NCBI RefSeq assembly: GCF_006345805.1
Contig: NW_021832478.1
Location: forward strand, 1-30,904
Source: Octopus sinensis
Taxonomy: Eukaryota
Direction: 5' to 3'
DNA length: 30,904 nt
Shown: one piece after another, positions 1 to 12,557 of the stretch
Numbering within the stretch: position 1 is the first letter of the stretch
Layout: every line of letters begins with the position of its first letter
Position numbers and translations under genes: made by a program
The notes under the pieces: model-generated
Told to the model about the DNA's origin: nothing
What the model saw: the letters and a program-made list of their open reading frames with translations, nothing else
Database searches by the model: none

Positions 1-100
1 ATTCAGTGGAACGCTACATCGTTTGTTTATAAAGTTTGTTTATATTTATCAAGTAATGGAACGTGACATACATCGAATTTATATTAACAAGTAATTATGT

Positions 101-214
101 GTGTATATATATATATACATACATATACACATACATACATACATACATACATACATACATACATACATACATACATACATACATACATACATACATACAT
201 ACATACATACATAC
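101..214. repeat. (TA)n/(TACA)n microsatellite
   Basis: Direct tandem TACA run; it accounts for ORFs 79..360 and 101..376. Confidence 0.95.
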
Positions 215-239
215 GTAATGCATATATTTTTTTCATCCA

Positions 240-540
240 AAAAGCTGACATATTTAGCAAAATGTCCTGAGATAAAGAATGCCTTCCTAAGAAAGAAAGA
301 TTTTCGCAACATTCGCATATCTGTCCTGATATTCAGCTTTTCCAATCTCCAGTTTTTCAAAAGACCTTCAGCTTAAAATTTTACGCAACATAAAATCTTA
401 AACCTCATCCATGTAAAATGTAGGCTCCATTGGTTTCGATGGGAATTCAGTTGAGTTATCTGCTCCTAAATTGCCTTTTCATATTCCACACTCATGTGTC
501 TTCTTAAATTGGCACACAGGCGCAATGGAATTAATCTGGC
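240..540 (-). pseudogene. Possible highly decayed non-LTR reverse-transcriptase fragment
   Basis: Minus-strand mixed-frame peptides LIPL...FYMDE...EGLLK...TDMRM fall in the order of the 'IPL...YMDDLKLY...LL...DIRM' block of RLE-type LINE RTs. Many disruptions, so weak. Confidence 0.3.
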
Positions 541-579
541 ACAGCATGCGGGAAAGCTGCTCAAGGAATTCTATACGAT

Positions 580-717
580 TTCAGTCTATCCAATTTCACT
601 GCAAGATATGCGTCGACTCGAAGTTATAAAACAATGACAACTGCCAAAAAGTCCACGATGGAAGATTGAAACTTATGGTTGTGAAGCGAAAATCTTGACC
701 ACTCAGCTATACTGCGA
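580..717 (-). mobile_element. SINE family A, old diverged 5' (head/body) fragment
   Basis: ttcagtctatccaatttcactgcaag...gtcgactcgaagttata...ttatggttgtgaagcgaaaatcttgaccactcagctatactgcg aligns loosely with the head half of the young copies (e.g. 14000-14151). Confidence 0.6.
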
Positions 718-775
718 ATATATTACTGTGTAAATGTATGTGTGTGTATGTATGTGTTTCTTTGTGTATCTATAC

Positions 776-1000
776 CAGTGTTTCTCAACAATTTTTTTGC
801 CTATAGATCCCATCCCAGCCATTTAGTGTTTAAAAAATCCAATTAGATTTTTATAATTAGATATCATTAGGAATCGTATAATAATAATTATGAAAATATT
901 TTGTGTATTGTAGAAGTATAGCCAACATATTGTAGATAAATTTTGAGAAAATCTATGGACCCGCCCCACCGGACCATATGACCCTAGTTGAGAATCTCGG
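776..1000. mobile_element. Non-autonomous hAT (Charlie-like) MITE, ~225 bp
   Basis: Left end CAGTGTTTCTCAAC versus right end reverse complement CCGAGATTCTCAAC (11/14). Flanked by an 8-bp TSD, atctatac (768-775) and gtctatac (1001-1008), with the central TA typical of Charlie-type hAT targets. No coding capacity. Confidence 0.8.
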
Positions 1001-1934
1001 GTCTATACAGGGTCGGAGTGAAAAAGAGAGGAATAGAGGGAGACGGAGTGAGAAAGAGACAATGAGATAGACAGAGAAAATGATAGAAAGAGAGAGAGAG
1101 AAAGAAAAAGAGACAGAAAGACACACAGACTGACAAAAGATGGGTGGGAGGTTAATGTATTATTATATAAATACAGGCGAAGATGAGTCCTCTGATAATG
1201 TGCACAAACGTTATTTTTGTGCGTTCTTTTTATAGAGGAAAGTATAAAGAGGAACGATTTAATTGAACATTTGGGAAATGTTCGTTTACTCCTAAGAGAC
1301 TATAAAGCACTTCATTCTTTCCACGGAGAAATAAGCACTGAAAAACTTCAAAACGCCACCAAATATTGCATGTTTTTCATTTGGTTATAATCAGGAGTAC
1401 GCGATATCTGTGTTAGCTCGAGACTCGTATATTATCGTCCATGTTTCCTTCTGTTTGCGGAGATATCAGTCCGTGTGTCTACATGTGACAAAGTATTCAT
1501 TTGTTTCTGATAAGTAAGATAATGATAATAATCATAGTTTATAAATTTAACAATAACAAACCTAAAGTGTTTGGAAAGTCGGTTTAGAGGACTTTTTAAA
1601 AAATTTAACCCGTAAGAATAAACTAAAACAATGTTCGATCCTAACTTATGATTCGAAATCAGAACGTGAATATACGCAACTAAACTCGATTAGAAATATC
1701 TTCTCGTAGCCAACTATCTCCAGTACAACGAACAACAACGAAGCACAGCACGACCAATGCCGTCATCACCTACTGCAGCAGCATCAACAAGAACAACAAA
1801 CATAATAGTGATTGGATGTAATAATGTAAAAAGAATATTCCGGAGCAGCGTCATAACATCTTTCTGATGAGAATTCAGGGTGGGGAGGGTTTGCAGTTCC
1901 TAATATATACGCACATACTTGCAAACTAATACAA

Positions 1935-2089
1935 ATTCATACATACATACGTGTGTATATGTATATATATATATATATATATATGTAAGTATGTATGTAT
2001 GTATTTATGCATGCATATAGCACCTATGCCTGTATGTATGTATATATATATATATATATATGTACATAACTTTTTCGCTCTCTCTCTCA

Positions 2090-2124
<35 letters not shown>

Positions 2125-2202
2125 ATATACACATATATATGTATATGTATATATAAGTATATATATATATATATACATACATATATATATATATGTGTAT
2201 AC

Positions 2203-2233
<31 letters not shown>

Positions 2234-2435
2234 CAAACATATATATATATATACATATGTGTATATATGTGTGTGTATATGTATATATATGTATATGTAT
2301 ATATATGTACATACATGTATGTATATTTACACATGCACGTATACATATATATACATGTGTGTGTGTTTGTGTATATATATACATATCGATGCGTAAGCAT
2401 GTATACACACATGCACAAATACACACATGTATGTA
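1935..2435. repeat. Compound (TA)/(TG)/(CA)/(CT) microsatellite block
   Basis: Visible dinucleotide and tetranucleotide repeats; source of five overlapping spurious ORFs. Confidence 0.95.
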
Positions 2436-2789
2436 ATGTAAATTTAGATTGACGCTAATACGTATTAGCGCTCTTCATTTTTATCTTTATTGCCATACAT
2501 ATTTTACATCTTACCTATTAAGAAGATTATATCATATTCTTTTATATATATTTTATTTTACATATATCTGAATGTTATCTTTTTTTTTTATTATTATTGT
2601 TTCTTATTTTACATTCAGGCAATTTTATTGATTTCATTTGCGTTTCTTTTTTTTTTTTTTTTTGGTTTTTTGCTTTTTGATTTTTCGTTTTCTCTAGTTA
2701 TGATTTTTTTTTTCCTTTCTTCACCCCAAGTTATGCTTCGTTGCCGTTTCTTTCACTTTTTATGTCTCACATTAAAATGTTTTGTTTCA

Positions 2790-3071
2790 ATATATGCATA
2801 TACATGTATATATATTATATATACATATATATATGCTTACATGCATATGTATATATGCATACGCGTGTGCACACACACATACATACACGCATATGTGTAT
2901 GTATTTGTGTGTGTATATGTATGTAGGCATGTCCATATATATAAGTGATTATATAAGAATCATATGTATATTATATATATATATATATGTATATATGTAT
3001 ATATATATATTTGTATATATATATATAAATATATATATATATGTATATATATATGTATATATATGTATATG

Positions 3072-3104
<33 letters not shown>

Positions 3105-3145
3105 ATATGTATGTATGTATGCACGTAAATATATACATACATAAT
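2790..3145. repeat. Compound (TA)/(TATG)/(CA) microsatellite
   Basis: Direct inspection. Confidence 0.9.
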
Positions 3146-3189
3146 GTAGAATGGTATATGTATGATAAAAAGGTAAAAAATATATGAAA

Positions 3190-4161
3190 ATAATGATGAA
3201 AGCGAAGAGGAGGGGAAATGGAAATTAAGAGGAGGGGGCCAGATAAAGAAGAGGAAACAGTTTGGGAATAGTTAAGAATAGACTGACGATAGTGATGATG
3301 GAATCGGAGACGAGAACTGTGATGGAAATGATGATGATGACCACGACGACGATCCCTATAAGGATGATGACGATGATGATGATGATGGTGGGGATTGTGG
3401 CGGTGGCGATGGTGATTGCGTTGATGATGGTGGTGGTGGTGGTGGTGGTGGTGATAATGACGACGACGAAGATGAAAATATATAATCATAATTATGCTGT
3501 TCAGCATGATGATGATGCGAATGATGATTGGGATGAGAGACAAGTTCAAAGGGGTGGGAAAATAATTAAGATTTAAAAATTGAAAAAAAAATAAAAAATA
3601 GATAATTGAAAAACGAAAAGAAAAAAGATTACGGACATGTAAAAATGATATCCATGATGATGATGATTGTTACGGTGGTCATGAGGACTACGACGATGAC
3701 GGAAATGATGATGATGATGATGATGATGATAGTGGTGGTGAGGGGTGGGGGTGGTGATGATGATGATAGTGGTGGTGGTGGTGGTTATGATGATGATGAT
3801 TGTAAGGAGGAGGAAGATGTGAAGAAAGGGGAGGAGAAGTAGGAGGAAGACAAGGACGGGAGGAGGAGAAGAAGAAAGAGAAGAACGAAAGGAGGGGGAA
3901 GTGAACGACGTAGGCAATACTGATGATGATGACGATGATTATGATGATGAATGTAAGGAGGAGGAAGATGTAAAGGCAGAGGAGGAGAAGGAGGAAGAGA
4001 AGTGGAGAAGGAAGCGGAGGTAGGCGTCGACCACGAAGAACATGATAACGACGACGACGATGATGATGATGATGATGATGATGATGATCATGATGATGAT
4101 CATGATGATGAGAATGATGACGATGACGGTGATGATGACGTGATGATGATGATCATGATGT

Positions 4162-4192
<31 letters not shown>

Positions 4193-4290
4193 AATGATGA
4201 TGATGATGATGATGATGACGACGACGATGATGATGATGATGATGATTGATGATGATGAAAATTGTGGTGGTGGTGGTGATGGTGGTGGTG
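3190..4290. repeat. Purine-skewed trinucleotide low-complexity tract: (GAT)n, (GGT)n, (GAG/GAA)n
   Basis: About 1.1 kb of interspersed GAT/GAC/GGT/GAG runs, followed by (CAG/CAA)n at 4372-4428. Confidence 0.9.
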
Positions 4291-4571
4291 GCTGAAAGCA
4301 AGCAAAAGTGACAAGAAGTTGTATCTAAAACACCAACGTTTCCATCGACACTACCATCTCCCCCATCTCCATCAGCAGCAGCAACAGCAGCAACAGCAGC
4401 ACCAGCAGCAACAGCAGCAGCTACAGCGATGTGAAGCAGGAACGCGCTATTTCCATTAAGTTGTCTCAATGTAAATGGATTTCCTACAAGGGTTATTGGC
4501 AATTTCTGATCAGAAGACACATCCTTTACCTAAGGATAACATACTTAGATTGATAGATAATTAGTGTGTGA

Positions 4572-4575
4572 TCTC

Positions 4576-4661
<86 letters not shown>

Positions 4662-4938
4662 GATATATATATATAATATTATTGCATATGCATATATCTA
4701 TGCATATATATACACACGCACATATATATTTATACACACACACGTGTATGTATGAATATTTATATGGGGGTGTGTATGTGTGTATGTACATACACACACG
4801 CACACACACACTCACATATATATATATATATACATTTGTATGTGTGTGTGTGGGTTTGTGTGTGTCTGTGTGAGTGTGGGCTTCTGTGTGTCTGTGTGTG
4901 CGTTTGTATACAGATGGAAAAAGAAGGGCAGAGAGTGG

Positions 4939-5022
<84 letters not shown>
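4572..5022. repeat. (CT)n-(TA)n-(CA/TG)n block and (GATA)n array
   Basis: (CT)n at 4572-4629, then (TA)n, and (GATA)n at 4938-5022. Confidence 0.95.
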
Positions 5023-5140
5023 TGTTAGAGATACGTGGACATCATTTTCTACAATTCAGCGAATATGTTTCGTAAATTTGACATACACATGCATGCAAGC
5101 GATGTAATTATATAGACAGTAAAACAATGGGGTGTGTGTG

Positions 5141-5192
<52 letters not shown>

Positions 5193-5382
5193 TATTATAT
5201 GTAATGTTCTACCGAAATGTTAGTGTACCAACATTGCCTGAATATGTTGTAAACCTAGGTACATGTATTCATTCCCGAAACATCAAAGGCTATATCTCTA
5301 TGCATCAATGCGAAACTTGCAACAAAATACAAACAGATGGACGCGCATAAAAAAACTGCATCTATACGTACATATATATATT

Positions 5383-5440
<58 letters not shown>

Positions 5441-5441
<1 letters not shown>

Positions 5442-5887
5442 TCTTCTGTTATTCTGCTATTTGTTTCAGTCATTGACTGCGGCCATGTTGGAGCATCGCA
5501 TCTAGACGAACAAATCGACTCAAGGACTTATTCTTTGTAAGCCTAGTACATATTCTGTCGGTCTTTTAGGCCCAACAGCTAAGTTACAGGGACGTAAACA
5601 CATCAATATCAGTTGTCAAGAGATGGTGGGGTGGACAAACACAGACACACAAACATATACAAACACACACTCCCACGAACCCACACACACATACACACAC
5701 ACACATATATATATACATATATATACGACGGGCTTCTTTCAGTTTCTGTCTACCAAATCCACTCACAAGGCTTTGGTCGGCCCGAGGCTATAGTAGAACA
5801 CACTTATCTAAGGTGTCACGCTGTGGGACTGAACCCGGAACCATGTGGTTGGGAAGTAAACTTCTTGCAACACCCACTCCTGCACCT
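5441..5887 (-). mobile_element. tRNA-derived SINE family A, full-length copy
   Basis: Collinear with the copies at 7256, 13695 and 25826. Minus-strand B box GGTTCAGTCCC (5825-5835), internal (CA/TA) microsatellite, 3' end ...GACTGAAACAA. Confidence 0.92.
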
Positions 5888-5927
5888 ATATGTGTGTGTG
5901 AGTGTGCGTCGGTATATATATATGTGT

Positions 5928-5980
<53 letters not shown>

Positions 5981-6129
5981 TATATGTGTGGTGTGTATGT
6001 GTTTGATAATATATATATATAGTGCGGTGTGTGTGTGTGTGCGTAATTGAATTAATGTTAAAGGAACAAGAATTGCGTAATCAACTGCCGTATCTTACAA
6101 ATTTTTTTCTGTCATATGCATTCAGATCT

Positions 6130-6700
6130 CTGTGCTTATGCTTCCCCATTTAGCTTAATCGGAGCTTCAAAAAGAATGTGAAAAATGATAGCGAGGTCAT
6201 TTGCCTACATTGATAAGTCTAACGTCGAAAACATAAAATTACATACAATACGTTACCAAGTATCAAATTCAACAATACTCCAACCGCATGAGCTCTCAGT
6301 ACTGAACCTGTCATTGTAAAGATACCTACGACTGTGCCTTAAACGGAGACTGTTTTGTCAGAATCATTGTATACAGGTATCACCTAATTATACAAGCAGC
6401 TATTAGAGAATGCATTGACGCTGCAGTTAGCAACCTCAAAAAATGCTGTTTATATCCATGGTTCACAATCCCTTACTTGGCTCATTCAACTTTACTGGCC
6501 GAGAACATCTGGTAACTCAAAAATCTAAACCCTCACTACATCTTACAATGGATCATATTGAAATTTGTAAGGGGAGAACGAAACCATGGGGAAATCAGAA
6601 AACCAGGAAGCTATTGAAACTTTACTGTCCGACAAAGAATATAGAAACAAACGGAATGAAATGATTCTCAATTTCTACCACAAAATTCTTCAAACATTTA
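6130..6700 (+). mobile_element. Penelope-like element relic (RT-EN linker plus GIY-YIG endonuclease), pseudogenic
   Basis: Mixed-frame peptides in the expected order: PFSL...ITYNTLPSIK...TCHCKDTYDCALNGDCFVRIIVYR (6306-6377, C-x-C-x5-C-x-L-x-G-x-C Zn motif)...HYILQWIILK...RNKRNEMI. Parallels the element at 29200-29940. Confidence 0.75.
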
Positions 6701-7013
6701 GATTCTTTTACTACAGAATTGCGGAAGTTTCCTTAATCTGAATCTATCGATATTCTGCGCAAGAACCATACACGACCATCGGCTCCATTATTCAACTCAC
6801 TTGGCGTTTCACGCAGCTTCTACTTCAGTTTAATTGCAATCATCACTATAGCAGTTATACTAAACGGTTGTATTAGAAACCATAGATCTTCTGTTTTGAG
6901 TAGTCCAGTTCTCATACGTTTTGGGCACTTCTGTTCATTGATTCTACTTGTTACTCGTACTTCAAATTAACAAGCCATGTAATGTAATCCAGTTTGACTA
7001 AATCATGTATACA

Positions 7014-7254
<241 letters not shown>

Positions 7255-7255
7255 A

Positions 7256-7659
7256 CTCTTTACTTGTTTCAGTCAGTTGACTGTGGCCATGCTAGAGGAT
7301 CGCCTTTAGTCGAGCAAATCCACCCCAGGACTTACTCTTTCGTAAGCCTAGTACTTATTCTATCGGTCTCTTTTACCGAATCGCTAAGTTACGGGGACGT
7401 AAACACACCAGTATCGGTTGTCAAGCGATGTTGCGTCGACAAACACAGACACACAAACATATACACACACATAAATATATACATATATATACAAATATAC
7501 GACGGGCTTCTTCAGTTTCCGTCTACCAAATCCACTCACAAGGCTTTGGTAGTCCCGAGGTTATAGTAGAAGGCACTTGCCCAAGGTGCCACGCAGTGGG
7601 ACTGAACCTGGAACCATGTGGTTGTTACGCAAGCTACTTACCACACAGTCACTCCTGCC
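7256..7659 (-). mobile_element. SINE family A, full-length copy
   Basis: Minus-strand head GGCAGGAGTGACTGTGTGGTAAGTAGCTTG...GGTTCAGTCCC (A and B boxes). High similarity to the other copies; flanked by TA/TG repeats. Confidence 0.93.
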
Positions 7660-7705
<46 letters not shown>

Positions 7706-7860
7706 ATGTGCATTGTCAACTCGTGGGCAGACTGCGATTTATAGGCATGAGTAAATTCACCAAGGAATCATAGACAAGCGAGGTAACTCACACCAGGTCC
7801 CGTTGCAGGAGTGGTAGACATTAACGTTTCCTCATCCTTGTGATTGATGAATACCACATA

Positions 7861-8020
7861 CTAAAGCCACAAGGCCTGAAGTTTTTTGTGGAAGGGCACT
7901 AGTCGATTACATCGACTCCAGTACTCTACTGGTAATTAATTTATCGACTACGAAAGGATGAAATGCAAAGCCGACCTCGGCGGAATTTGAACTCAGAGCG
8001 TATTTCGTCCAGAGTGCTAA
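7861..8020 (-). mobile_element. SINE family B, short variant (5'-truncated, internal deletion)
   Basis: Minus strand reads TTAGCAC...GAGTTCAAATTCCGCCGAGGTCGGCTTTGCATTTCATCCTTTCGTAGTCGATAAATT...CTTCAGGCCTTGTG, matching 30017-30180. Confidence 0.85.
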
Positions 8021-8030
8021 TAATAATAAT

Positions 8031-8088
<58 letters not shown>

Positions 8089-8145
8089 GTAATAATGATA
8101 ACAACAACAACAACAACAAACACAAAAACAACAATAATAATAATA
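8018..8145. repeat. (AAT)n/(AAC)n microsatellite at the LINE 3' end
   Basis: Directly abuts the LINE polyadenylation signal. Confidence 0.95.
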
Positions 8146-9835
8146 CTTTCTTTTATTGGCCACAAGGGCCCTAGACTTGGAGGACGTGTTAAAACACAAG
8201 AACAAACAACAAAAACTTGTGGGGTTAACATCAGTCAAGGGGAGATACTACCACATTAAAGGATATAACAGAGGATATATAACAGAAAGCAAAAGAATAA
8301 ATAAATAGAATCACCAATGGTGGCAGGCAGTCCACTTATGGTAATCCTAGGTAACCCCACACAAAAATTTCGGATTACTCTGCCATCTCCAAGGCATGGG
8401 AAAGCACCCTCTTCCACTTTCTTTCCTCCTCCTTAGAAAAGCATATTCAAAGTAGATCCATTCAGTCTCACCAGTCAAACCACCGTCGATCTCCTTTTGA
8501 TAAGCAGACTAGAAGGCAGTACCTCTCTCTCTACCATCACCTCCCTTTTCAAATGATATTTGAAGAAATTGATGAGGGCTTACCCAAATAAGAAAGTGCC
8601 TGTCTTCCAACCTTTCAGAGGGGTCCACCAAATAGCCTCTTTTGGCACAGCCACTAAGCAGAGAAAGAGCTGCCTTCCTTCTTTGTCAAGGGAATGTGGT
8701 GCGTCGATCTTCACTAGGCACTCAGCAGGCAGCTGAATTCGTCTTACACGCGACAACACCTGCTCCACACAATCCCACATCTCTCTAATGCACGATCACT
8801 GAATTATTGCATGCAATACAGTTTCGTCCACCTACAAGCATCTCGGGCATGTTCGGCTGTTAGCACTTCCATGACTTAAGAGCTTGTCTCGAACAGGCAA
8901 TGCCCTTCTGTAGCACTGCCAAGCCACGGAAGTTATCCATGATCTTGGACCCGAAGGTCTTCTGGAAGAGACTACTCAGTCTACGATGTATCGCATGAGG
9001 TGGAGATTGTAGTGGATAGATCTACCGGCGATCGCACAGGTTTTTGCATCTCCGACTATACTACCGACAAGCGCCAGCCTTTTGGCGAGCTCCTTAGCTA
9101 AACTCAGTGTTGAGTAGAGCTATTAGCTTGAAATTTTCAATCACATCCTCCTTGTTCAGATTTGTTCTCAGCAGTGACACAATCCCCGAGTCACACGACT
9201 AGGAATGCTTCCTGTCTGCTGCCAGGAGCAGTAAACAGCTGCTAAAACCGGCGCAAACGCAAGCCCGACACGAGCATATATAGTTCATAGGGCAGACAAT
9301 TAAATCATGATGATTTGTGCTCCACGCAGTGGCCCAGTACATCTGAATTCTCGCAGCACTCGATATCCTTGTCCGATAGGCGCGGCATACCTTCGAGTTA
9401 AACCTCAAAGCCCGCTATGTCAAGAATGACACTCCTCGAAAAGAAGTCGATGAAATACTGTCAAAACACTACGCTCATTTGTTTAGAATCGGAGTGTACA
9501 TAGCCACTGCAGTTCGTCACAAAGCGAATCCTATATTTGTTCCCATGCTGTGCCTCCGCTACCAGGGCCCAACCAGCGGCTTTTGTGCTTTCGTGTTTCA
9601 AGGTACGCACCCTAGCTCGGACAATACTGCCTTCACATCGAAGAAATGGTCGAATTCCATTCTCGCCACTAGCGCGTCATTTGCAATCCCACTTTTATGT
9701 GACCCTTCTAAGTTTATAACTAATTTATTTTCTATTTTGTTGTTTTCTAAAGCAATCTCTTTGCTAAAACTAACGGACACCTCTCTGATTTTCCTTTTTA
9801 AGGAGACCCACCACCTGTTGTTTATGATGGTGAGA
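8146..9835 (-). mobile_element. Tx1/L1-superfamily LINE, 5'-truncated with a large internal deletion; ORF2 pseudogene plus 3' UTR
   Basis: Minus-strand peptides: NNRWWVSLKRKIR and IVRARVRTLKHE (EN-RT linker); LPYELY, SWQQTGSIP, IENFKLIALLNTE, LAKELAKRLALV, TCAIAGRSIHYNLHLMRYI (RT N-terminal motifs); then near 8970 a jump to WQCYRRALPVRDKL...TCPRC...DETVLHAI (C-terminal CCHC/zf-RVT region). 3' UTR ends with AATAAA (8152-8157 minus strand). Confidence 0.88.
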
Positions 9836-9967
9836 TATACTTTGAAAATCAATCTACGGATTGACGGAAGACAGGTTGAATATGTTGAAAATCCAAATTT
9901 AGATATTTCACAAGAATAAGCACAAATGAACCAATTAACATACGAACAATTACAACACCAAGATACA

Positions 9968-10031
9968 AATATATATATATATATGTGTATGTATGTGTGT
10001 GTATACTTAGAAATATATAATATAAGTATCT

Positions 10032-10071
<40 letters not shown>

Positions 10072-10150
10072 GTATATATATAGTTCATATATGTATATAC
10101 GTATATATCTATATACATATATATATGTATACATATATATATATGTATAC

Positions 10151-10214
<64 letters not shown>

Positions 10215-10291
10215 TATGCATACATACATACATACTATATATTTATAGATAGAAGATAGATAGATAGATAGATAGATAGATGGATAGATGT

Positions 10292-10353
<62 letters not shown>

Positions 10354-10409
10354 ATAGATAGATAGATAGACTGACAGACAGATAAATAGATAGATAGATA
10401 GATAGATAC

Positions 10410-10441
<32 letters not shown>

Positions 10442-10470
10442 GTAGGTAGAGAGATAGATTGACAGATAGA
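9968..10470. repeat. (TA)n and (GATA)n arrays
   Basis: Direct inspection. Confidence 0.95.
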
Positions 10471-10964
10471 GACGTAAATACGTACTTATATTTATACACA
10501 CTACTGCATGCGTACATGCATCTATACATACATACGTGCATATATAGATACATTAATCAATCCATCCATACATACAGACATACAGACATTACACACATAT
10601 ACATTATAAACCAAAGATCCGTCGGCCGAAGGCAGGAAAATCCGAGGTGATATCTTAATGATGCGGTATTATATGCGAAGAAGAGCCGATGGGTTTGTCT
10701 CGTCATTGAAAAGCCAGTGGCTCAAGGTTCAAATATTTTCCATAATTAACACTCATTGAGGAACAAAGTTTTCCATAGAACTTCCTTTTCGACTCTAAAC
10801 CACATCTACGACAACAGACACTTTAGTTTCTGTGCATCAACAGCAAAATTGATGTTTTTCAACAGCAAACCGCAGCATTTAGTTTCAATTCCTACCGCAA
10901 ATGGTCATGCAAACCACAATCCTCTTTATTTTTGTCTGTTGTTGCTTTTTACTTCTTTTGACTT

Positions 10965-11535
10965 GTATGCCATACACGTGGACATATACAAATATATTTG
11001 CATACGTACATACGCATATATGAATGTGTAGTCATATATGCGTGTATTCATGTATGTATGTATGGATGGATGGGTGGATAGATGGATGTTTGTATGTATA
11101 CAGACACACATATATATGAATTAACATATTCATGCATACACATGCGTAGACACATACATTATATACAAACTTACATGCGAGCTTATACACACACATGTAT
11201 ATTTACAGGCTTACATATATGCATAAATACATATGCATACACGCATGCATACATACAAACTTACATAGAGACATGCACACATATATATATAGGTATAGGT
11301 ATATGTATATATACATATATACGTACACACACACACATATATATTACATTCAAACATAAATACATACATAATTTATGCATACATTCACACATACTTACAG
11401 GTATATATATATATATATATATATACACGTATGTATGTATTTATGTATGTATGTATTTATGTATGTATGTATGTATGAGTGTATGTGTGTATGTATGCAT
11501 GCATGTATGTATGTATGTATGTACGTATGCATCCA
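10965..11535. repeat. Degenerate (CATA/TATG/TA)n low-complexity block
   Basis: Direct inspection. Confidence 0.85.
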
Positions 11536-11964
11536 TGTCCCCATTTACAAATATAGAATCTCAAGTAATACCTACCGGGTAAAAACTATATCTAAAACGC
11601 ATCAAAATATTATTCAAGAGCGAACCACAACTAACAATACATTGTTTTTATTTTTGTTTGTTTGTTTTCTGGTTGGTCGGGGACGCTAGTTTGTTTGTTT
11701 GTTGGTTGGTTGGTTGGTCGGTTGGTCGGCTGGTAATCTGGTCGTTAGGTCATTCGGTTTCTGGGAATTTTTCTGGTCGATTTATTTTTCTGTTTCTTTA
11801 TCTCTGTCCACCTAAGAGAATTCAGGACTAAGTACGGCACCCCCAGAGCAATATAAAGTGTGTTGATTGTAGGAAAACGAAATGAAGAAGGAGACAAAGA
11901 AAATACGATAAAATAAAAACGAAAGAATTAAACAAACCAAATAAGAAAGAAAATAACCTTAGGT

Positions 11965-12550
11965 AGTCACCACTTCCGGCTTGGGCAATCATGGCGGCTA
12001 TAACTGTACTTACTTTTCTAACTGGGCGGCGAATCTATACTTAATGCATTATCTGCAATGGACCTTTAAAACACGCAAGTGACGGGACTTATCTTGGATA
12101 ACTTTCATTCTATTTATATATTTATTTTTCTATTATTTACCCGTTTTAAGGGGTGGGGATATAGTTAAATGAAAGACAGATAGAAGGAAAGAAATAAAGA
12201 AAAACAGTGGCTAAGATAGAAAAGGAAAATTGTAGGAAGTGGGGGGGGAAATGTGGTGCGAATGTAATACAAGGCGGCAAAAGGAATGGACTGAGGGGAG
12301 ATAACGGAGGTTGGCAAATACACCGGAAATGATGGACCAATATTCCCAAGTTTTGGTTATATTTCGTAAATAGGGGTTTATGTATGTTTGTCTTTCTTTG
12401 TCCTACGCCTAAGTTTTGCCTAATGGCGGCAGGGGAGAAATTTAGAGGGCAGTGGGGGTACGCAGCAGCTAACACCGCCACAAAATAAGTAACTGCCCAC
12501 AGTAGTATATTTATCTCCCTTTGTTTAATTACTATAACTTTCGCCATTTT
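11965..12550. promoter_or_regulatory. Candidate cis-regulatory island with YY1/Pho-like and ETS-like motifs
   Basis: CACTTCCGG (11971-11979), ATGGCGGC (11991-11998), CCGGAAAT (12323-12330), AATGGCGGC (12422-12430) and CGCCATTTT (12542-12550) in non-repetitive, locally GC-richer sequence. Motif evidence only. Confidence 0.35.
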
Positions 12551-12557
12551 CACAAGT

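Noticed and set aside
1236-1390. About 50 open codons after a pyrimidine tract and AG (possible exon)
   Set aside because: No recognisable homology and no good splice donor before the stop. It cannot be excluded without RNA-seq.
1863-1890. CTGATGAG hammerhead-core-like word
   Set aside because: No stem II or downstream GAAA.
1926-3549. Long overlapping ORFs rich in Y/I/H/T/C/V/M
   Set aside because: They are translations of (TA)n, (CA)n, (TG)n and (GAT)n repeats, which lack stops in several frames. The same applies to similar ORFs throughout the window.
3939-4520. 193-aa poly-His/poly-Ala ORF and the antisense poly-Asp/poly-Gln frames, superficially like a transcription factor
   Set aside because: Built from trinucleotide SSRs, with no domain and no convincing splice structure.
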